A stretch of DNA of 64,000 bases from Caldimicrobium sp. (GCA_009903935.1 WYEG01000044.1:990-64989); one strand, 5' to 3'; positions 9,351 to 19,684 are shown, counted from the first letter of the stretch. Numbers and translations are program-made. Notes: a model not told the origin generated them from the sequence alone.

Positions 9351-10239
9351 TAAACTTCTTTCCTATCTTGAGGAAAAAAAGAAGCTCATTGAGGAAACCC
9401 TTGAGAAGTATTTTCCAAAGCCTGAGGCTCTTTCAGAACGGGTCATCTCAGCCGCTAAGTATAGTCTTTTTTCTGGTGGTAAAAGGATAAGACCAATCCT
9501 TTGTCTTCTTGGATACGAGCTATTCCAAGAGGATTCAGAAAGGGTCCTTCTTTTTGCCTGTGGTATCGAATGCCTCCATACCTATTCGCTAATCCATGAT
9601 GACCTTCCAGCTATGGATGATGATGATTTCCGTAGAGGTAAACCTTCTTGTCACAAAGCCTTTGACGAGGGAACAGCTATCTTAGCAGGAGATGGACTTC
9701 AAGCCTTAGCTTTTTATTTTTTTTCTCATAAAGAGCTTGTGAAAACTGTTAATTCTAAGAGACTGCTTAAAGCGATAAATCTAATTGCTGATGCCGTTTC
9801 CTTTAACGGGATGGTTGGCGGGCAGATGGGGGACCTTCTTATGGAGGGTAAGAAGGGAGATAAAAAGGTTTTGAAATGGATACATGAGAGAAAAACGGGT
9901 AGGCTTTTTACAGCCTCTCTTATCAGCGGAGCTATTCTTGCTAACGCAAAGAGAAAAGATATAAAGACTTTGGAGCGGGTCGGAAGGGCACTCGGGCTTG
10001 CCTTCCAGATCGTTGACGACCTTCTTGACCTATTAGGTGATGAAAAAAAGCTTGGGAAACCGGTAAAATCAGACCTAAAAAAGAAAAAGCTTACCTACCC
10101 TGCCCTGTATGGGGTTAAAGCCTCGCAAGAACTGGCAAGAAAAGAAGTAGAAAAGGCAAAAAGCATGCTTAAATCTTATGGGGAAAGGGCAGAAAATCTA
10201 CTACTCCTTTCAGAGTTCATTTACCAAAGAGTAAATTGA
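9331..10239 (+). CDS. ispA: Polyprenyl (farnesyl/geranylgeranyl) diphosphate synthase
   Basis: Both aspartate-rich motifs are present: LIHDDLPAMDDDDFRRGKP and FQIVDDLLD. Confidence 0.85.
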   Translation: MKAKDLDKLLSYLEEKKKLIEETLEKYFPKPEALSERVISAAKYSLFSGGKRIRPILCLLGYELFQEDSERVLLFACGIECLHTYSLIHDDLPAMDDDDFRRGKPSCHKAFDEGTAILAGDGLQALAFYFFSHKELVKTVNSKRLLKAINLIADAVSFNGMVGGQMGDLLMEGKKGDKKVLKWIHERKTGRLFTASLISGAILANAKRKDIKTLERVGRALGLAFQIVDDLLDLLGDEKKLGKPVKSDLKKKKLTYPALYGVKASQELARKEVEKAKSMLKSYGERAENLLLLSEFIYQRVN

Positions 10240-10274
10240 AATTATGAGAATGGGATGAGAATGGGGGGAGAACT

Positions 10275-12143
10275 GTGAAATATTTAATGCAGGTAAACAG
10301 TCCCAAAGATCTGAAAAAATTAAAAATATCTCAGCTTAAAGTCCTTGCCGAAGAGATTAGAGAAGTAATCATTGATACTGTAGCCAAGAACGGTGGACAT
10401 CTTGCTCCAAATCTTGGAGTAGTAGAATTAACCCTTGCTCTTCATTATGTTTTTGATTCCCCCCAAGACAAGATCATCTGGGATGTTGGGCATCAATGCT
10501 ATGCCCACAAGTTAATCACAGGAAGAAGAGAAAATTTTCACACCTTAAGAACCTATGGGGGGATAGCTGGTTTTCCAAAAAGGGAAGAGAGCCCTCATGA
10601 TGTTCTGGATACAGGACATAGCAGCACCTCCATTTCAGCCGGACTCGGGATGGCTGTAGCGAAAAGATTAAAGAAGGAAGAAAAGGGGAAGGTAGTGGTT
10701 GTCATCGGTGATGGGTCGATCACCGCTGGTTTAGCCTTTGAGGGGCTAAACAACGCAGGCTACATGAAAGAAGACCTTCTTATCATCCTAAACGATAACG
10801 AAATGTCCATTTCCCCAAACGTTGGGGCTCTTTCAACCTTTATCTCAAAAAGGATGACTGGTAATCTTGCAAGGTTTGTGCGAAAGGAAATGGAAAAACT
10901 TTTTCACCATCTACCTGGAGGAGAAAATTTTCTTCAAATCTTAAAAAAAGGAGAAGACCTCTTTAAGATGGCAATTACTCCAGGTGCTCTTTTCACAGCC
11001 TTAAACTTCGAGTATGTAGGACCGGTTGACGGACATAACCTCGAAGATTTAATAACTATCCTTAGAAACCTTAAATCCACCAAAGGACCTACTATACTCC
11101 ATATCATCACCAAAAAAGGAAAGGGGTATCCTCCAGCTGAGGCAGACCCAGAAACATTTCACGGTGTCTCCCCCTTTGATAAAAAAACCGGAAAGATCTA
11201 TAAACCGAGCAACCTTCCGCCAACCTATACAGAAATCTTCGGTAAAACCCTGGTTAGGTTGGCCGAGACAGACCCAAGGATTGTAGCCATAACGGCAGCC
11301 ATGAAAACTGGAACAGGGCTTAAAGAGTTTGCGGAAAGGTTCCCTGAAAGGTTCTTTGATGTGGGGATTTGTGAACAGCATGCTGTCACCTTTGCGGTAG
11401 GCTTAGCCTTAGAGGGGTTAATGCCCGTCTGTGCCATTTATTCTACCTTTCTTCAAAGGGCTTACGACCAGATAATTCATGATGTTGCCTTAAACAGGGC
11501 TAAAGTTATCTTTGCTATCGATAGGGCAGGTCTTGTGGGTGAAGACGGACCAACCCATCACGGAGCCTTTGATTTAAGCTATTTGAGACCTGTGCCCAAT
11601 CTTATAATCATGGCTCCAAAAGATGAAAATGAACTTCAACACATGCTTTACAGCGCAACAAGATATAGCTTGCCCGTTGCTATAAGATATCCTCGCGGCT
11701 CGGGTGAAGGAGTAAGCCTTGATTGGCAATTTCAAGAAATTCCCCTTGGTAAGGGAGAGCTTCTTAAGGAGGGAAAAGACGCCCTAATTATAGCCATAGG
11801 TAATCATGTATGGAGCGCTTTTAGAGTAAGCAAGGAGCTTGAAAAAGAGGGTTTTAAGGTAGGTGTTATAAATGCAAGATTTTTAAAGCCCCTCGATGAG
11901 GAGTTAATTTTAGGGCAGGCAAGCAAGGTGCCTTTAGTTATAACTATAGAAGAAAATAGTTTATACGGAGGGCTTGGGTCGGCTGTTGCCGAACTTCTTT
12001 TAGAAAATGGGCTCTCGGTAAAATTTAAGAGGATTGCTCTTCCTGACAAATTTGTCGAACACGGAGACCAAAAAACACTTAGAGAAATATATGGGCTTTC
12101 AGAAAAAGCCTTGTATGACACAGTAAAAAGCCTTTTATCCTAA
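10275..12143 (+). CDS. dxs: 1-deoxy-D-xylulose-5-phosphate synthase
   Basis: GGHLAPNLGVVELTLALHYVF, GHSSTSISAG, GDGSITAG and transketolase-like C-terminal domains. xseB-ispA-dxs is the classic order. Confidence 0.95.
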   Translation: MKYLMQVNSPKDLKKLKISQLKVLAEEIREVIIDTVAKNGGHLAPNLGVVELTLALHYVFDSPQDKIIWDVGHQCYAHKLITGRRENFHTLRTYGGIAGFPKREESPHDVLDTGHSSTSISAGLGMAVAKRLKKEEKGKVVVVIGDGSITAGLAFEGLNNAGYMKEDLLIILNDNEMSISPNVGALSTFISKRMTGNLARFVRKEMEKLFHHLPGGENFLQILKKGEDLFKMAITPGALFTALNFEYVGPVDGHNLEDLITILRNLKSTKGPTILHIITKKGKGYPPAEADPETFHGVSPFDKKTGKIYKPSNLPPTYTEIFGKTLVRLAETDPRIVAITAAMKTGTGLKEFAERFPERFFDVGICEQHAVTFAVGLALEGLMPVCAIYSTFLQRAYDQIIHDVALNRAKVIFAIDRAGLVGEDGPTHHGAFDLSYLRPVPNLIIMAPKDENELQHMLYSATRYSLPVAIRYPRGSGEGVSLDWQFQEIPLGKGELLKEGKDALIIAIGNHVWSAFRVSKELEKEGFKVGVINARFLKPLDEELILGQASKVPLVITIEENSLYGGLGSAVAELLLENGLSVKFKRIALPDKFVEHGDQKTLREIYGLSEKALYDTVKSLLS

Positions 12144-12168
12144 ATTAGGCATACTTTTTGATTTAATA

Positions 12169-12606
12169 ATGTGGATGAGAATAGCCTTATCGACCCTAAT
12201 GATTTTTTGTTTAACCACCTTTTTTATCTCTCTTGCCTTTTCCACATCATCTACGCAAAAAAGGCTTAGCCTTCAACAGAAGCTTGAAATCTTCTGCGAA
12301 GAGATAAAAGGCAATGAAACTCTCTGCCAAGAATACCTATTCACTATAAAAAAACGCCTGGAAATTAAAGGGGAGCTTCTCACAGAAATAGAAGATTTCT
12401 GCAAAAAAAACAATGTAAAAACTCTTTGTCGGATAAAAGGCGCCTCAAGCATCACTCTTTACTGCTCAAGGTACAATAAATATTCTCCGAAATGCCAAGA
12501 ATGGAAGGCTTGGAAACACAAAGAGCTTGAGTTAAAAGGAAGGCTCATTGAAAACCTTCAAACCTTCTGTAAAAGCAACCCAAAATCCTGGGTCTGTCAG
12601 AACTAA
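12169..12606 (+). CDS. Small secreted cysteine-rich repeat protein, unknown function
   Basis: Signal-peptide-like N-terminus, then four spaced Cys pairs (FCEEIKGNETLC, FCKKNNVKTLC, YCSRYNKYSPKC, FCKSNPKSWVC). No family recognised. Confidence 0.4.
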   Translation: MWMRIALSTLMIFCLTTFFISLAFSTSSTQKRLSLQQKLEIFCEEIKGNETLCQEYLFTIKKRLEIKGELLTEIEDFCKKNNVKTLCRIKGASSITLYCSRYNKYSPKCQEWKAWKHKELELKGRLIENLQTFCKSNPKSWVCQN

Positions 12607-12687
12607 GCGTTCATTGTAAACTGAAAGAGTAAGTATTAAATTTAATATTAACAAAAAAATTAAAAAGGAGCCCTTTTAAAAAAGGAT

Positions 12688-14859
12688 ATGGATAGTAATA
12701 CCGTAACCCTTGGAAAAATCCTTGACCAAATTCAGAGCTATCTTCCTGGAGTAAACACTAAGATGGTAGAGAAGGCTTTTGAATTTGCGGCAAAGTGGCA
12801 TGATGGGCAAGTTAGAAGGTCTGGTGAGCCCTATCTTTCCCATCCTATGAACGTAGCCTATATCTTAGCTCAGATGAAAGCAGACTTGCCAACGATTACT
12901 GCCGGTTTTTTACACGATGTGGTTGAAGATTGTAAGGTCCCTATTGAGGTCATCAAGAAAGAATTCGGAGAAAGCGTTGCCTACATCGTGGAAGGCGTAA
13001 CCAAACTTAAACAGATCCCAGGAAGTCCTGACAAGATTTCTAAACAGGCTGAGAACCTAAGAAAGATCATTCTTGCCATGTCTAAAGACCTACGAGTTAT
13101 CTTGGTTAAGCTCGCGGATAGGTTGCATAACATGCGAACCTTAGATTCTATGCCCTTACATAAAAGGCAAGCTATAGCTCGAGAAACCTTAGAAATTTAT
13201 GCCCCTTTAGCGGCAAGGCTCGGTATCGATTGGATAAAGGTAGAGCTGGAAGACCTTTCTTTTAAACACCTCTATCCTGAAGAATACGAAAGATTGAAAG
13301 TTGAAGTTGAAAAAAGAGTAGCTCAAGCTGAAGACTTTGTTAACGAAGTCAAGTCCACCCTTCAAGAGGTTTTAGAAAAAAACGGTATAAAAGCAAGGGT
13401 CCTCGGTAGAGTAAAACACCTGTATAGCATCTATCGCAAGCTCCAGAAGTATAATTTAACCATAGGAGACCTAGACCAAATCTACGATATCATAGGTTTT
13501 AGAGTCATAGTGGAAACGGTAGAAGATTGTTACAAAACCCTTGGGATAATCCATGCTCTTTGGAAACCCATTCCTAGAAGGTTTAAAGACTACATCAGCC
13601 TTCCCAAACCCAACGGCTACCAGAGCTTACATACCACGGTTCTTGGACCAAAAGGCAAGAAGATCGAAATTCAAATCCGCACCGAAGAGATGGATAAGGT
13701 GGCTAACGAAGGAATTGCTGCCCACTTCTTATATAAAGAAGGGACAGGGATAGATTATTCTAAGTATAAACAGCTTGAATGGTTGAATAAGCTGATCGAA
13801 CTTCAGAAAGAGCTTAAGCATCCTCGAGAGTTTTTGGAATCCCTAAAGCTTGACCTATTTCCAGAGGAAATCTATGTTTTCACCCCTAAAGGAGATGTAA
13901 TCGTTTTACCAGCCGGGGCAACCCCCGTTGATTTTGCTTACGCAATCCATACTGAGGTGGGGCATCGTTGTGTAAGAGCATTTGTAAACGATAAGCTTGT
14001 GCCGCTTGACTATCAGCTCCAAACGGGTGATGTGGTTAAGATTGAAACTTCACCGCATCAAAAACCAAGCAGAGACTGGTTAAAATTCGTTAAGACAAGC
14101 CGAGCCAGGGCAAGGATTAAACAATGGTTCAAACAGGAAGAAAAGGAAAAACTAAAGGAGCTCGGAAAAGAGATAGTAGCCAAGGAATTAAAAAAACATT
14201 CCTTTAGCTTTCAAGAATTTTTAAAAGACCCATCCCTACCTCAACTTCTTAAAAATTTAAACCTCGGAAACATCGATGAGCTCTTTATCCAAATTGCAGG
14301 CGGGAAATTACAACTAAAACAATTCTTAAAGAGCTATCAAGAAGTTTCTAATTTATTCAAGCCCGAACCCAAAGAAGAAATTATTTCTTACCATGAAGAA
14401 AAGACATCCGAAAGTTATCCAACTTCGCTTTCCGCTCTTGGTGAAAGCGACCTTTTATTCCATCTTGCTAAATGTTGTCATCCCATACCTGGAGATGAGG
14501 TTGTAGGCTATATCACCCGAGGAAAAGGGGTCTCGGTCCACAGAACAGATTGTCCAAATCTTAAGGATTTAGAACCTGAAAGGATGATCGAAGTAAAATG
14601 GGACAAACCAGACGGAAAAGTTTATCCAGTTAGGCTTCATGTAGTCTCCTTTGACAGAAAGGGTCTTTTAGCTGAGGTTTCCTCAGCCATATCCTCCGCA
14701 GAAAGCAACATCCTTAAGGCCGAGGTCAAAACTACACCTGATAAAAAGGCTTATTTTGATATCAACATTGAGGTTACAGATAAAGGACATTTAGATAAAG
14801 TAATAGCTAATATCCTGAAGGTTGAGGGCGTGCTAAAGGTAGAAAGGAAGGTCTTTTAA
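12688..14859 (+). CDS. relA: Bifunctional (p)ppGpp synthetase/hydrolase RelA/SpoT family
   Basis: HD hydrolase motif (HDVVEDC), synthetase domain (YRKLQKY..., GYQSLHTTV), and TGS and ACT C-terminal domains. Confidence 0.95.
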   Translation: MDSNTVTLGKILDQIQSYLPGVNTKMVEKAFEFAAKWHDGQVRRSGEPYLSHPMNVAYILAQMKADLPTITAGFLHDVVEDCKVPIEVIKKEFGESVAYIVEGVTKLKQIPGSPDKISKQAENLRKIILAMSKDLRVILVKLADRLHNMRTLDSMPLHKRQAIARETLEIYAPLAARLGIDWIKVELEDLSFKHLYPEEYERLKVEVEKRVAQAEDFVNEVKSTLQEVLEKNGIKARVLGRVKHLYSIYRKLQKYNLTIGDLDQIYDIIGFRVIVETVEDCYKTLGIIHALWKPIPRRFKDYISLPKPNGYQSLHTTVLGPKGKKIEIQIRTEEMDKVANEGIAAHFLYKEGTGIDYSKYKQLEWLNKLIELQKELKHPREFLESLKLDLFPEEIYVFTPKGDVIVLPAGATPVDFAYAIHTEVGHRCVRAFVNDKLVPLDYQLQTGDVVKIETSPHQKPSRDWLKFVKTSRARARIKQWFKQEEKEKLKELGKEIVAKELKKHSFSFQEFLKDPSLPQLLKNLNLGNIDELFIQIAGGKLQLKQFLKSYQEVSNLFKPEPKEEIISYHEEKTSESYPTSLSALGESDLLFHLAKCCHPIPGDEVVGYITRGKGVSVHRTDCPNLKDLEPERMIEVKWDKPDGKVYPVRLHVVSFDRKGLLAEVSSAISSAESNILKAEVKTTPDKKAYFDINIEVTDKGHLDKVIANILKVEGVLKVERKVF

Positions 14860-15053
14860 CTTACAGCTTTCTGAATTTTCCCAGCCTTGATACACCTTGT
14901 GCAGACCTTCATTCTTTTGATCTCTCCATCGGGCAGCTTTACCTTAACCCTTTGAATGTTAGGATACCACCACCTGCTTGCCCTTTTTCCGGAATGGCTA
15001 ACCTGGTTCCCACATGTTGGACCTTTACCGCAGATTTCGCACCTCCGAGCCAT
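14856..15053 (-). CDS. rpmB: 50S ribosomal protein L28
   Basis: MARRCEICGKGPTCGNQVSHS... is typical L28. The ATG at 15053 lies 7 nt after AGGAGG. Confidence 0.9.
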   Translation of the reverse strand: MARRCEICGKGPTCGNQVSHSGKRASRWWYPNIQRVKVKLPDGEIKRMKVCTRCIKAGKIQKAVS

Positions 15054-15102
15054 CTTCACCCCTCCTGTGTTAAAAAAAATTCCAAGAATAGGTAGATATA
15101 AT

Positions 15103-15131
15103 ATTATAGCATCAATTTTTGATTATATCAA
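15103..15131 (-). promoter_or_regulatory. Sigma70-type promoter for rpmB
   Basis: Minus strand reads TTGATA, a 17-nt spacer, then TATAAT, about 50 nt upstream of the rpmB start. Confidence 0.45.
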
Positions 15132-15132
15132 C

Positions 15133-17799
15133 TTAAAAGCCACCGCCGATTTGGAAGTTTAGATTGCTACTATCCTCTTTTGGTTTTTTATCGATGTTGT
15201 AGCCCCATTCTATGCGAAGTGGTCCAAGGGGTGAAAGCCACCTTACTCCAACTCCTACGCTCTTTCTAATCTCTGAGGATTTAAAGGGGTAGTCTTTACT
15301 CCATACAGACCCCATATCATAAAAGAGAACTCCATGAAGGTTGATGCTTTTTATCAAGGGGAATATGCCTTCGCCTTGAAAGTAAAACATCTTTGTTCCG
15401 CCAATCCTTTCACCGGTCTTTGGGTCCCTTGGAGAAATATCTCCGTATTTATAACCCCTCACGGAATCGATACCACCCAAATAAAACCTTTCAAAGACCG
15501 GAACCCTTTTCCCAGAACCCTCAGTAATGTAGCCATAGCCGAACTTTAAATGGGTGGTTAAGTTTTTCCAAGGAGTAAAATACACCTGATGCTCGCCTGT
15601 GAACTTAAGAAACTCACTATCACCACCGAGAAAACTACCAGCATAGGAAAGGGCAAGTCCATGGACCCACCCCTTGGTTGGAAGGAAAAACCTATTCCGA
15701 GAATCGTAGTTTATTCCAGCTTCTACAGCACTGGTTACATGGATCTTCATAGATTCTTGGATTATCACAGAGGAGTTATCCTTAACGTCCTTCAATTTTG
15801 AGTCATCATACCTATACCCAAGGTAGGTTGAAAATTCCGGGGTAAAGAAATAACCAACTCTGATGCTTCCTCCCTTAGCATCCTTGGTAAAGTCTTCGTA
15901 CTCAATTTCATAGTTATATAGGGACCATCCTAAAAAGTAGCGGGAGTCCATAAAGTAGGGGTCAAAGAAGTTAAGGGAGTATCTGCTTGATTTTGTGCCA
16001 ATCTTTGCAGAGATACTCACCCTTTGCCCTTTACCAAGCCAGTTTCTTTGGGTAATCTCGGTTATAAACACCAACTTTTCTGAAGAGCTGTAGGCAGCTC
16101 CTACGCTAAAAGTCCCGGTTAAAGCTTCCTTAACTTTAACTCGAAGGTTTAACTCCTCTTCCTTTGTTCCCTTCTCCTTTTCTACCTTTACCTCTTCAAA
16201 GAAGCCAAGCCTTTGCAATCTCTCTTCGCTTTTCTCAAGCCTTTTTGCACTGTAAGGCCATCCTTCAGACAAAAGGATCTCCCTTCTTATCACCTTATCC
16301 CTTGTCTTGGTATTCCCCTCAATCTCTATACGGTTTATAAAAACAACCGGTCCTTTATCTACCTTAAAGGTGACCTTTACTTGATTTGCCCCAACTTTAT
16401 CAATGTCTGTTGTTACCTTTGCATAGGCATATCCATAATCCGAAAAGAGATGAGTAACGACGGATTCATCAAACTTTAACTCAGAGAGATTGACCACTTT
16501 ACCGGCTTTAGTGTTTATCCTTTTTAAAATTTCTTCAGCAGGAAATAGGTCCTGAATTACCCTTATCTCTGCCACTCGATATTGAGGACCCTCTTCGATG
16601 GGAATTTTTATGTAGACCTCATCCTCCTTTTCTTCAACGATGGGTTCACCAACTTTGACATCAAGGTAGCCTCTGTTTTTATAAAGGTTTTCGATCTTAG
16701 CCAAGTCTCTGTATAAATAGGCAAGGTTGTAAACCCCAGGCTCAGCCTTTGGTTCTTGCGTTAAAAAGGAAGCGATATATCCGACATACTTTTTTACCGG
16801 AGAAAATACGGACTTTTCTGAAACGGATAGTTGATCCTTTAGCTCCTTTTCAGGAATAGCCTTAGCTCCAAGAAACTCGATCTTGGAAATATACTTTTTC
16901 TTCCCCTCCTTGATGTCAAAAACAAGCCTTACTTGCGTGGGAGTCACCCTTTCGGTTTTGACCTTTATTTCCGTTCCAAGAAAACCAAGTTGTTCGTAAT
17001 ACGCTTTGATGTTTTCTAAAGCTTTATCAATGTTTTCTGGGGTCAAGATTTCACCTATCTTCAGCCCTGATATCTTTGTTAAGTCTTCAGCTTTCGCGCT
17101 CTTTATCCCTTTATACTGAATTTCCTTAAGCGTCTCCCTTTCTTTTAGCTTATAGACAATGGTTACCCCTCGGTCCCCCTCCTTGACTTCAACCTCAATG
17201 TTTTCAAAGTAGCCAGTTCGGTAGAGGTTCTTTAGGTCTTCGTTAAGAAGAGCAAGGTCTAAGATGTCCCCTTCTTTAAGCTTAAGCTTAGGACGAAGTA
17301 AGTCCTCCCCTACCCTCTTTGCTCCCTCAAATTCGACCTTTTCAACCAAGGTCTTTTCTTCCAAAAATACCTTTAAACTTTTTACGGTTTCTTCCACTAA
17401 AACATCAAGCCTATCCTTAGTTGCTATAGCATAGACCATAAAAGGTTCCGATTTCCCAACCTTGTAAAAGACCCAATCCGCGCTAATAGAATCCCTAATC
17501 AAAGTAAAGGTAAGCCTTCCCGCAAGGTAGACTTCACCGCTCTTTAAAAGGAGCTCAACCTCTTTTGTCGTGAGCCTCTTAACATCTACTTCGTATTGAC
17601 CGATTAGCTTTGCTTTTAGCTCTGAGAGATACTTTTGCAACAACTCCTCGCTTCCTACATCACCCAAAGCCTTTACTTGATAGACTAATACCTTTTGAGC
17701 TGAGAAGACTAAACTTGCTAATGATAGATGGGAAAGGATTAAAACTACTATGAATATAAGAAGCCGAGAGGCGAAATTCTCTTTAGCCATTTTTAACAT
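15133..17799 (-). CDS. bamA: Outer membrane protein assembly factor BamA
   Basis: 888 aa with a signal peptide, repeated POTRA-like segments and a C-terminal beta-barrel ending in ...NFQIGGGF. Confidence 0.9.
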   Translation of the reverse strand: MLKMAKENFASRLLIFIVVLILSHLSLASLVFSAQKVLVYQVKALGDVGSEELLQKYLSELKAKLIGQYEVDVKRLTTKEVELLLKSGEVYLAGRLTFTLIRDSISADWVFYKVGKSEPFMVYAIATKDRLDVLVEETVKSLKVFLEEKTLVEKVEFEGAKRVGEDLLRPKLKLKEGDILDLALLNEDLKNLYRTGYFENIEVEVKEGDRGVTIVYKLKERETLKEIQYKGIKSAKAEDLTKISGLKIGEILTPENIDKALENIKAYYEQLGFLGTEIKVKTERVTPTQVRLVFDIKEGKKKYISKIEFLGAKAIPEKELKDQLSVSEKSVFSPVKKYVGYIASFLTQEPKAEPGVYNLAYLYRDLAKIENLYKNRGYLDVKVGEPIVEEKEDEVYIKIPIEEGPQYRVAEIRVIQDLFPAEEILKRINTKAGKVVNLSELKFDESVVTHLFSDYGYAYAKVTTDIDKVGANQVKVTFKVDKGPVVFINRIEIEGNTKTRDKVIRREILLSEGWPYSAKRLEKSEERLQRLGFFEEVKVEKEKGTKEEELNLRVKVKEALTGTFSVGAAYSSSEKLVFITEITQRNWLGKGQRVSISAKIGTKSSRYSLNFFDPYFMDSRYFLGWSLYNYEIEYEDFTKDAKGGSIRVGYFFTPEFSTYLGYRYDDSKLKDVKDNSSVIIQESMKIHVTSAVEAGINYDSRNRFFLPTKGWVHGLALSYAGSFLGGDSEFLKFTGEHQVYFTPWKNLTTHLKFGYGYITEGSGKRVPVFERFYLGGIDSVRGYKYGDISPRDPKTGERIGGTKMFYFQGEGIFPLIKSINLHGVLFYDMGSVWSKDYPFKSSEIRKSVGVGVRWLSPLGPLRIEWGYNIDKKPKEDSSNLNFQIGGGF

Positions 17800-18467
17800 T
17801 CTACAAGATGTCCCTCTCTTAGTAAATACCTTTTTTCACACCTTTTTGCCAACTCGTGGTTATGGGTCACTAAGATCAGGGTTGAGCCTTCTCTTTCACA
17901 AAGGGAAAAAAGAAGGTTTATTACAGTTTCTGCGCTGTGAGGGTCCAAGTTCCCTGTTGGTTCATCGGCAAGGACAAGCTTTGGCTTAAGGAGAAGGGCT
18001 CGAGCGATGGCTACCTTTTGCCTCTCGCCACCTGAAAGGGGATAAACTTTGTAGTGAGCTTTTCCCTCAAGGGAAAGATGCGCTAAAAGCTCAAAGGCTC
18101 TTTCTTTTAAAGCCGCTAAATCTTTTTTAGCGATAATTCCTGGTAGAAGAACGTTTTCTAAAACAGTTAGCTCGGGTAGTAGATGATAAAATTGGAAGAT
18201 AAAGCCTACTTCGTGCAAACGGTATTCTGCCTGCTCATCCTCGGTTAAGGCGTGGACATCCTTACCAAGATAAAAAACCTTTCCCGCATCTGGTCTATCA
18301 AGGGCAGATATTAAGTTTAAAAGAGTTGTTTTACCTGAGCCTGACGGACCAAGGACAGCGACCTTTTCCCCTTGATAAACCTCAAGGTTTACCTGACGAA
18401 GAACGCAAACAACCTCCTCACCGACCTTATAGCTCTTTTGCACATCTTTTAAACTAAGAAGGCTCAT
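17793..18467 (-). CDS. lolD: Lipoprotein-releasing system ATP-binding protein (LolD-like ABC ATPase)
   Basis: Walker A GPSGSGKTT, signature LSGGERQ, Walker B LVLADEPT. Follows the lolC/E-like permease. Confidence 0.8.
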   Translation of the reverse strand: MSLLSLKDVQKSYKVGEEVVCVLRQVNLEVYQGEKVAVLGPSGSGKTTLLNLISALDRPDAGKVFYLGKDVHALTEDEQAEYRLHEVGFIFQFYHLLPELTVLENVLLPGIIAKKDLAALKERAFELLAHLSLEGKAHYKVYPLSGGERQKVAIARALLLKPKLVLADEPTGNLDPHSAETVINLLFSLCEREGSTLILVTHNHELAKRCEKRYLLREGHLVEC

Positions 18468-19684
18468 CCTTCCTTCCTCAGGATTTCTGCAGGATTAAGA
18501 GCGCTTGCCTTTCTTGCTGGATAAAGGGCTGATAAAACCCCTAAGACTAAAGTCACGGCTGAGATGAGAATTAGGTCCGAAACCTCAAGGCTAATGGGTA
18601 GATACTCAACTGGGTAGACCTCCTCGGGAAGTTTTATCACCGGATACTTAGAAAGGACTAAACAAAGGATGCTCCCTAAAGCTAACCCAAGAACCACACC
18701 GAAAAAAGAAAGGATAAACCCGCAAAAGAAAAACAATCTTTCTACTTCCTTCTTTTTAGCTCCAAGAGCTCTAAGGATCCCGAGGTCAAGCCTCTTTTCA
18801 GAAACTAGCATAACCATGGCTGAGATAACCGTAAACAGAGAAACTCCAACCATTAAGGATAAGACCACAAATAGCCCAAACTTTTCAAGCTTTAGCGCTG
18901 AAAAAAGGTTCCTGTTTAGCTCTTGCCAATCAACAACCCTGGCCTTAAGCCCAAAGTCTTTTATCAAACGGTTCTTTAACTCTGAAGACAAAAAGGGGTC
19001 CCGCAGTTTTACTTCTAGCACCCTCTCTTTGGGTTCCACTTTTCCTTTAAGCTGAGAATGAGGAGTAAACACCAAGCTTAGGTCGTAGTCGTAGACACCG
19101 CTTTCAAAAAAACCCGCAACCCAGACGGAATAGACCTTAGGAAAAAAACCGAAGGGCGTATGAATGCCCTCTGAAGTAAGAAGGCTCAATTCCTCACCTG
19201 AGGTTAAACCTAACTTTTGTTTTAACCGTGCGCCCACGATGATAGGGAGGACATCCGGTGGGCTTGTTTTTTGGTATTCAAACCGTCTAAAGGCAACTTC
19301 CTTCGCTGTCTGATTGAGGTCAACCCCTTTAACGATTACCCCGAGAGACCTTCCCTGTTTAAGCAAAAGACCTTGAAGGATTGAAACCTCTTGAAGGCTA
19401 ACTATTTCTTTTTCCGGAATTTCGGTCTTTATTACCCTTAACACCTCCTCCTTGTCTTCGGGAAGGTAGGTGATCATGAGGTGGGGGTTCAAGCTTAAAA
19501 CCTTTTCATAGATTACCCTTTTAAATCCGGTCATTACCGCGTTTACCGTGGTTAAGGCGGTAACGCTAATAGCTACGCCGAGGAGGGCGATAAGGGAGAT
19601 AAAACCCGTCCATCTTTCCCTTTTAGGAGAAAGGACAAAGCGTAGAGCAAGCCAAAGCGTCCAAGGTAATAATCTTTTTGACAT
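18464..19684 (-). CDS. lolC: Lipoprotein-releasing system permease (LolC/LolE family, FtsX/MacB-type)
   Basis: 406 aa with an N-terminal TM helix, a large periplasmic domain and a C-terminal FtsX-type 3-TM bundle. Confidence 0.8.
   Translation of the reverse strand: MSKRLLPWTLWLALRFVLSPKRERWTGFISLIALLGVAISVTALTTVNAVMTGFKRVIYEKVLSLNPHLMITYLPEDKEEVLRVIKTEIPEKEIVSLQEVSILQGLLLKQGRSLGVIVKGVDLNQTAKEVAFRRFEYQKTSPPDVLPIIVGARLKQKLGLTSGEELSLLTSEGIHTPFGFFPKVYSVWVAGFFESGVYDYDLSLVFTPHSQLKGKVEPKERVLEVKLRDPFLSSELKNRLIKDFGLKARVVDWQELNRNLFSALKLEKFGLFVVLSLMVGVSLFTVISAMVMLVSEKRLDLGILRALGAKKKEVERLFFFCGFILSFFGVVLGLALGSILCLVLSKYPVIKLPEEVYPVEYLPISLEVSDLILISAVTLVLGVLSALYPARKASALNPAEILRKEG

Noticed and set aside
15097-15108. 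12-bp palindrome TATAATATTATA considered as a dif site (xerC is in the window) or an operator
   Set aside because: It does not match the 11-6-11 dif architecture and it coincides with the -10 region of the rpmB promoter. It is most simply AT-rich promoter DNA.
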